Shown: positions 41,703-46,034 of the stretch, one piece after another
Position numbering within the stretch: the stretch's first letter is position 1
Layout of the letters: the number at the start of each line of letters is the position of its first letter
Virus record (IMG/VR): IMGVR_UViG_3300005828_000059
Direction: 5' to 3' (one strand)
Origin: a virus
DNA length: 46,034 bases
Position numbers and translations under genes: made by a program
The notes under the pieces: generated by a model
The model's database searches: none
Seen by the model: only the letters and a program-made list of their open reading frames with translations
Told to the model about the DNA's origin: nothing

Positions 41703-42845
41703 TCAAAGCTCGTCGAGATTCTCGACCAGCCCGAAAACATGAGCCTCCGGCCTGGGGTCTTCCTCCTCGACGAGCGTGGGTTTTCCCGGTACGGTCTCAA
41801 TGTATAGTGCTAGCTTCTCCCTCTTTTTGCCCGCTGCTTTTTCTGCCTTTGCCGGAGAGAGCAGCGTAGACTCCCACGGCTCAATGCCCATTGACTTCAG
41901 GACATTGACCATCACGGCTTCACCTTGCGACCACTTGCGCGAGTTCCGCCCCAGCACCAGCTTGTGCCTCGGTATCTTCGTGCCGTTCAGCGCCAGCATC
42001 TCGGCATACCACCAGACCGCGTCAAGCCAGTCTCGCAGATAGCCCGAGGCTTTGAGGGCCTCTCCCAAGCTCTTCAGATCCGGGCTGCCGTCTGCTTGCT
42101 TGTACGGGGAGATCGTGATCCCGTGCGCGTGCTCGCGCGCTTCTCGACACGTCGCGAGCGCGGGGCACCACGTACACCAGTCTCCCGGCACACGTAGGTC
42201 GCGCTGCTCGCGCACCCGACGAGCCGCCTCCCGCAAGTCAAGCTCCCAATCGTACAGGTCCATCAGATTGATCGTCTCGCTTCGGATTGGCTGTTTTCCA
42301 TTCCTGGGCTGGATAATCGTCAGCTTGACATTGAGTGGGATCCGGACGCCGCGACGCTGAAGCTCGAGAACAACGCCCATTGCATAAAACCGTAGTTGGT
42401 AGTTACCCTCGATCGCTACAAACGTACCGCGTCCGTGCTTGTAGTCTATGACTTCAAGCACGCTCTCGCCAACTGCTACGACGTCTGCGGTCCCGCCCAT
42501 GTCGGGATCGATCGCAGACATGTCAAGCTCTAGCTCGGATAGCACGCTTTTAGCGTACGGTGGGCAGGGTAAAGCTCGGATGTAGGCAAGCGCGACGTCG
42601 ACTGCGGCGATCATCTCGTCAGTGATCTCGATCGAGAATCCGTCGTAGTCGAGCGTCGTGTAGTGCGTCGGCTTTCCCATCAGCGTGTCGGACAATAGCT
42701 GGTGCGCTGCCGATCCTTCCGCCGCGTACTTGCTGACGCTCCTCGGAAAGCCCTGCGCCGCCCACACTGAGCCGGGACAGTTCCACCAGCGCTCGCAGGC
42801 GGAACCTCCCAGCAATCGGTGAGAGCTAGATCCCGAGCCCGCCAT
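41703..42845 (-). CDS. DUF2800-type PD-(D/E)XK (Cas4/RecB-like) nuclease with a C-terminal Cys cluster (380 aa)
   Basis: The motifs are SACERWWNCPGS, IDYKHGRG and CTWCPALATC. SD sequence GGAGG upstream of the ATG at 42845. Confidence 0.7.
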   Translation of the reverse strand: MAGSGSSSHRLLGGSACERWWNCPGSVWAAQGFPRSVSKYAAEGSAAHQLLSDTLMGKPTHYTTLDYDGFSIEITDEMIAAVDVALAYIRALPCPPYAKSVLSELELDMSAIDPDMGGTADVVAVGESVLEVIDYKHGRGTFVAIEGNYQLRFYAMGVVLELQRRGVRIPLNVKLTIIQPRNGKQPIRSETINLMDLYDWELDLREAARRVREQRDLRVPGDWCTWCPALATCREAREHAHGITISPYKQADGSPDLKSLGEALKASGYLRDWLDAVWWYAEMLALNGTKIPRHKLVLGRNSRKWSQGEAVMVNVLKSMGIEPWESTLLSPAKAEKAAGKKREKLALYIETVPGKPTLVEEEDPRPEAHVFGLVENLDEL

Positions 42846-43254
42846 CGTCGGCACCTCCATCGGACAGTTGCTCCATGTGCTCCACAAACGCAGTGTACTG
42901 CGCCGGGGCCAGATTCTCCAGCTTGGGCGGACTCGCGCCAAGCTCGGCGAGCTTCTTGCGCAGCGGCTCAATCATGCCGCGCTCGATCAGAGGTGCCGCT
43001 TTCGCCCGCACGTCCTGGAGTGTGTAGTTCGCGCTTGCTTGAGGCGCAGACGGCGTCGGTTCTTCCAGCGGCTTCGGTGCCGGCTTGCGTCCGCGACCGC
43101 GCCCCGTCGGTGCCGGAGCAGCTTCGGGCGCGGGAGACGGATTGACATCGAGCATGCGCGCAGCGCCGTCACCGAGGACATTGTTGATCTGGCCCATCGC
43201 GTCAATCGCTTCGGCGGGAGTGGCGAAGTACAGCGAAATGACAATGTGTTGCAT
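42826..43254 (-). CDS. Hypothetical protein (142 aa) with a Pro/Ala-rich, AT-hook-like GRGRGRKP linker
   Basis: SD sequence GGAG upstream of the ATG at 43254. Confidence 0.5.
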   Translation of the reverse strand: MQHIVISLYFATPAEAIDAMGQINNVLGDGAARMLDVNPSPAPEAAPAPTGRGRGRKPAPKPLEEPTPSAPQASANYTLQDVRAKAAPLIERGMIEPLRKKLAELGASPPKLENLAPAQYTAFVEHMEQLSDGGADDGGLGI

Positions 43255-43269
43255 ATAAATCTCCAAAGG

Positions 43270-44604
43270 TTAGTCGAACACTGCTTGAATTGACGCGCGC
43301 TTGCGCTTGATCACGCTCACGCATGCGTCATCCAGGGTGCCGAGCAAGCTGAATAGCCTGCACTGCACTGGATGCTGTTGTCCGGGCCGATGCGTCCGCT
43401 TCGCGGCCTGGAACAAGTCCGAGGGGTTCCACCACAATTCCGCGAACCACGCGTCTCGAGCCTCGACTAAATCGAAACCGGTCCCTGCCGTGTGGATCTG
43501 CGCAAGGAAAATCTTCGCGGTGTGGTCAGTACGAAATCGTTGAATCCGCGCCTCCCGCTCTTTCGCCGGTACTGCACCGAACAGGACTTGAGGGTTGAAA
43601 GACGCGAGAGCGTCGTGCAGCTTGCGGATCACTTCGATATGCCGCGCGAACAGCACGAGTTTGCGATGGGGTTCTTGCATGAAAAAATTCCGAACCTCGT
43701 CGACGATCGAGGGCACTTTCGCCAGCCCGATCAGTCGCATTACCGTTGCGAGGTGCTCATCCGAGCCGGGCCGCAACCGGCCTGTTGCTTCAATTTGCTC
43801 GCGGATATCGCACGTGCGTTGATCGCACAGAAGCTCGGCTAGATCCTCGCCGTAGCTGATCTCCAGTGGATACCAGTCCATCTGGAATGGCGGCAGATAC
43901 TGATCGACTACGTTTTGCGGTACGTTGAGCAGATACGGCTTTAGGTGCTCGCGTAGCTCGTGCATGTGCTGGGGCCGCACAGTCACCCAGCCATCCGACG
44001 TCATCGAGCCGATCGTGTAGTAGCTCCCGAACGCGCGCTCTCCCATCATGCCGCCTTTCGCGTTCAAAATCGTGCGCGGGAACACTGCTCGCAAGTGCGG
44101 ATATAGCTCCAGGGGATCCCCGTTGGGGGCCAGAGTGCCGGACATGACCGTTATCCTGCGCACGACATCGATCAGCCCTCCCGATTTGTACAACACGCGC
44201 TCCCCATAGAGCGCTTGCGTGCGCTGAGCACGCAGCGACTTCACGTAGTGAGCTTCGTCGATAACGAGCCGGTCCCAGCGGCGGGCCATGAGGGCGCGCA
44301 TCAGATCCTCGTTGTTGAGTTGGGAGTATGGCACGACAAGAACGTCAGCGCGTGCTGGAATCGAGCCCGAGGTGACCGGAGCTATCCGCCAGTACGGAGC
44401 GCCCCATTGCTGGATCTGCCGCACGATATGCGGGATCGGCGTGACCGGCGAGATCCAAAGCATAGACGTCTCGCCAAGCCCGCGCGCTGTCTCGCACACG
44501 ATGCGAGACTTCCCCCCGCCTGGGGGGATCCTCAGCATCGAGCAAGGGGTCGACGAGCCGAGATTGATCCCCGCCTGCTGGTACGCGAATAGCGGAGCGG
44601 ACAT
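43270..44604 (-). CDS. SNF2-family helicase/ATPase (444 aa)
   Basis: Motif I is PPGGGKS and motif II is DEAHYVK. The C-terminal lobe motifs are HTAGTGFDL and QAAKRTHRPGQ. TGATG overlap with the Cro-like stop. Confidence 0.8.
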   Translation of the reverse strand: MSAPLFAYQQAGINLGSSTPCSMLRIPPGGGKSRIVCETARGLGETSMLWISPVTPIPHIVRQIQQWGAPYWRIAPVTSGSIPARADVLVVPYSQLNNEDLMRALMARRWDRLVIDEAHYVKSLRAQRTQALYGERVLYKSGGLIDVVRRITVMSGTLAPNGDPLELYPHLRAVFPRTILNAKGGMMGERAFGSYYTIGSMTSDGWVTVRPQHMHELREHLKPYLLNVPQNVVDQYLPPFQMDWYPLEISYGEDLAELLCDQRTCDIREQIEATGRLRPGSDEHLATVMRLIGLAKVPSIVDEVRNFFMQEPHRKLVLFARHIEVIRKLHDALASFNPQVLFGAVPAKEREARIQRFRTDHTAKIFLAQIHTAGTGFDLVEARDAWFAELWWNPSDLFQAAKRTHRPGQQHPVQCRLFSLLGTLDDACVSVIKRKRASIQAVFD

Positions 44605-44822
44605 CACAATCTCGTTGCGAGCTTCCGCTTCATGGCAACGATGTGCGGGCGCTTGTCCGCTTTGAGGTAGCCATGCGAAACATATTCTAGCTCGTACTGT
44701 GCCAGCGGCGAGATCGCGCCTCGCTTGACCCATTGATTGACGACTTGCCCGGTCACGCCGAGCAGCGCAGCGAGGTGCGTCTGCCGCCCGCCGGCGTATT
44801 TCAGCGCTTGATCGATAGTCAT
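44604..44822 (-). CDS. Cro/YdaS-like helix-turn-helix regulator (72 aa); first gene of the leftward operon
   Basis: ALKYAGGRQTHLAALLGVTGQVVNQWVKRGAISP is a typical YdaS/Cro HTH. SD sequence GGAGAC upstream of the ATG at 44822. Confidence 0.65.
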   Translation of the reverse strand: MTIDQALKYAGGRQTHLAALLGVTGQVVNQWVKRGAISPLAQYELEYVSHGYLKADKRPHIVAMKRKLATRL

Positions 44823-44854
44823 GTGCCAGTCTCCAGGGTAAGATGGGGGCAGGC

Positions 44855-44897
44855 AGTATAACACCCTGTTGACAGCGCTTGTCAACGAGAGTAGTGT
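44855..44897. promoter_or_regulatory. Divergent promoter pair whose two -35 TTGACA boxes form the arms of a palindromic operator
   Basis: The palindrome GTTGACA-GCGCT-TGTCAAC lies at 44868-44886. Rightward, TTGACA (44869-44874) is followed by a 17-nt spacer and TAGTGT (44892-44897). Leftward, TTGACA (complement of 44880-44885) is followed by TATACT (complement of 44855-44860) with a 19-nt spacer. Confidence 0.55.
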
Positions 44898-44925
44898 TCT
44901 ATTTCCCGGCTGGGCAGTCGGGATG

Positions 44926-45059
44926 ACCGAGCGCTAACAGCGTGGGTCTGCAATGTGCCCCTGTGCAGCAGACATCTGGCTCCGGGTTCGTCCGCAGGCG
45001 CGGAGTGGCCCCACCGGAGGAATAACAGGCCACCAGGGGGCACGCTGTTAGCGCTCGGT
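44926..45059 (+). ncRNA. 134-nt structured element in the rightward early leader, closed by a perfect 19-bp helix
   Basis: ACCGAGCGCTAACAGCGTG (44926-44944) is the exact reverse complement of 45041-45059. Internal hairpins lie at 44946-44973, 44980-45005 and 45005-45033. GTGCCCCT (44955-44962) can also pair with AGGGGCAC (45036-45043). Confidence 0.45.
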
Positions 45060-45090
45060 ATACCAGATCGAAACCATATGGAGGCAGCAG

Positions 45091-45447
45091 ATGGACACGA
45101 ACATCGAGAACTTCAGCGCCCTTATCCTGGACGGAGCGGGGATCGTCGCAGACCAGTTGGGGGAGGTGAAAGCGAGAATGGCAGACTTGGCCAAATCGAA
45201 GAAGGAGCTAGAAGGTCACCTCATCGACTTGCTGCCGAGCGGCTTAGGCGGAAGCGTAGAGGGCGGCATGTTTTGCGCTACTGTCGTGCCGGGTGGCGTG
45301 CGTAAAGCCATCAACTGGGAGTTGGTCGCGATGTTTCTCGCGGCCGAGCTTGGGATTGACGAGGGGCAGCTGAACGCTGCCGCAGGTGATTTCATGCAAG
45401 AGACTCGGGTATCGCCGAGCGTGCGCGTCTCGGCGCGCAAGAGTTAA
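45091..45447 (+). CDS. Hypothetical early protein (118 aa) with an N-terminal coiled coil
   Basis: SD sequence GGAGG 6 nt upstream. The transcription unit is bounded by the promoter at 44869 and the terminator at 45472. Confidence 0.65.
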   Translation: MDTNIENFSALILDGAGIVADQLGEVKARMADLAKSKKELEGHLIDLLPSGLGGSVEGGMFCATVVPGGVRKAINWELVAMFLAAELGIDEGQLNAAAGDFMQETRVSPSVRVSARKS

Positions 45448-45471
45448 GCTAAGATCGTTTCCTCCCCCTTT

Positions 45472-45497
45472 GCCCCGCTCATGCGGGGCTTTTTTTT
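45472..45497 (+). terminator. Rho-independent terminator
   Basis: GCCCCGC-TCAT-GCGGGGC followed by T8. Confidence 0.8.
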
Positions 45498-45540
45498 GCC
45501 AACAAAATCTGAGTGTTATGCATTTCTTTATCAACACCTG

Positions 45541-45569
45541 TTGACAAGCTACGTGAACCCGAGGAGAAT
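45541..45569 (+). promoter_or_regulatory. Sigma70-like promoter for the repeat-protein/early operon
   Basis: TTGACA (45541-45546) is followed by a 17-nt spacer and GAGAAT (45564-45569). It shares the upstream context C(C)CTGTTGACA with the 44862-44874 promoter. Confidence 0.5.
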
Positions 45570-45575
45570 GGATCC

Positions 45576-45893
45576 TGTAGCACGTAACACCGCGAAGGGC
45601 CAGCGGGATAGAAAAAGGGCACCGGGGTCAACCTGATCTAGAGCCGAAAGGCTGAGGGGCAGCCCCAGACCGCTAGGACTTAGCCGATCTGTCGAAAGGC
45701 TAACGAGTGCGAACCGACCGAGCCGGGCAGCGCCATCGATGCTGCGCAAGCACCCGGCTCGCAGAGATAGGTGCCCTCGATCGAGGACGTCGATTTCTGC
45801 GACAACAACGGGGGTAGCATGATGCAAAACATTCTTAACCTGACGCAACACACGTTCGAACGTCCGTTTGGCTTGAATCTTGAGGAGGATGGT
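45576..45893 (+). ncRNA. Roughly 320-nt structured 5' leader or candidate cis-regulatory RNA upstream of the octapeptide-repeat gene
   Basis: No convincing ORF is present. Several helices can be drawn:
- 45616-45623 pairs with 45770-45777.
- AGCC-GAAA-GGCT lies at 45642-45653.
- TAGCC...GGCTA pairs 45681-45685 with 45698-45702.
- The 9-bp helix CGAGCCGGG/CCCGGCTCG pairs 45719-45727 with 45753-45761.
- A palindrome lies at 45775-45786.
The motif CGAAAGGCT occurs twice. Confidence 0.4.
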
Positions 45894-46034
45894 ATGCCTG
45901 TATCAAGGAATGGCGATCGCCACGAAGTGCGGGAAGTGCGGGCGAGCGAGGTGGACGCCTGCTACGGCAGCACCGTACACGCCTACGAAGGCAGCAAGGT
46001 GGACGCCTACTACGGCAGCAAGGTGGACGCCTAC
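45894..46034 (+). CDS. 5' part of the octapeptide-repeat protein ORF. It continues at base 1, and 45915-46034 duplicates 1-120.
   Basis: The ATG at 45894 has GAGGAGGA 4 nt upstream. In-frame alternative starts exist at ATG 45819/45822 and GTG 45771, with an in-frame stop at 45768-45770. Confidence 0.7.
   Translation, partial: MPVSRNGDRHEVREVRASEVDACYGSTVHAYEGSKVDAYYGSKVDAY
45915..46034. repeat. 120-bp terminal overlap identical to 1-120 (circular closure or direct terminal repeat)
   Basis: A base-by-base comparison of the two ends shows they are identical. Confidence 0.95.

Noticed and set aside
44980-45005. GGGTTCGTCC resembling a tRNA T-loop inside the 19-bp-closed element (a tRNA or Y-RNA-like gene?)
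   Set aside because: The flanking bases cannot form a 5-bp T-stem. No anticodon or D-arm, or acceptor geometry, can be drawn. No tRNA was found elsewhere in the window.
44955-45305. A 116-aa plus-strand ORF overlapping ORF 45091-45447
   Set aside because: It starts inside the structured element without an SD, and it is Arg/Gly-rich. The overlapping frame at 45091 has GGAGG at the correct spacing and a protein-like composition.
45549-45851. A 100-aa minus-strand ORF in the leader region
   Set aside because: It has no SD and no neighbouring minus-strand genes. It lies antisense to a promoter-driven structured leader, and its composition is Leu/Arg/Ser/Gly shadow-type.
1-46034. A lysogeny module (integrase, CI repressor, excisionase, attP) or plasmid partition genes
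   Set aside because: No tyrosine or serine recombinase motifs, ParA/ParB, or long repressor-type HTH proteins were seen in any frame. Only the small Cro/YdaS-like protein is present, so the lifestyle cannot be called from this sequence.

Overview
The window is a complete, circularly closed phage genome of about 45,914 bp. Bases 1-120 are repeated exactly at 45915-46034. It is GC-rich and has a podovirus-like gene set, with no tape measure, tube or sheath genes. No integrase or CI-type repressor was seen.

Two gene arms diverge from a promoter/operator region at about 44.85-44.90 kb and converge on a hairpin terminator at about 5.17-5.20 kb.

The minus arm runs from 44822 down to 5208. In order it carries:
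- a Cro/YdaS-like HTH protein
- an SNF2 helicase
- a DUF2800-type PD-(D/E)XK nuclease
- a DUF2815-type SSB-like protein
- two paralogous hypothetical proteins
- a family A DNA polymerase
- a composite ORF with a DHHA1-like C-terminus
- a Prim-Pol/RecA-like primase-helicase
- an iteron-type origin candidate
- a DUF3820 protein and a RuvC-like resolvase
- small basic ORFs and the large terminase
- a GNAT acetyltransferase, portal, scaffold, major capsid and a Bbp16-like cement protein
- a tailspike, a clan GH-A glycosidase and adaptor/nozzle-like tail proteins
- internal/ejection proteins, including a 2,809-aa giant with an HExxH motif
- a terminal cassette of small membrane or secreted proteins

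The plus arm runs from 45091 across the junction to 5161. It holds about 17 mostly small early ORFs, a DUF932 protein and a 343-aa tandem octapeptide-repeat protein.

The observations most worth following up are:
1. A complete hammerhead-ribozyme core at 2171-2223, lying between two early genes.
2. Several 26-48 nt DNA patches that are identical or near-identical at distant loci but are read in different frames. They concentrate on both flanks of the polymerase gene.
3. The His/Tyr/Asp/Cys-decorated octapeptide solenoid-like protein, which sits behind a roughly 320-nt structured leader.
4. A 134-nt element closed by a perfect 19-bp helix in the other early leader.
5. An iteron cluster next to the primase-helicase gene.

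All family assignments come from motif recognition by eye. No searches were run.
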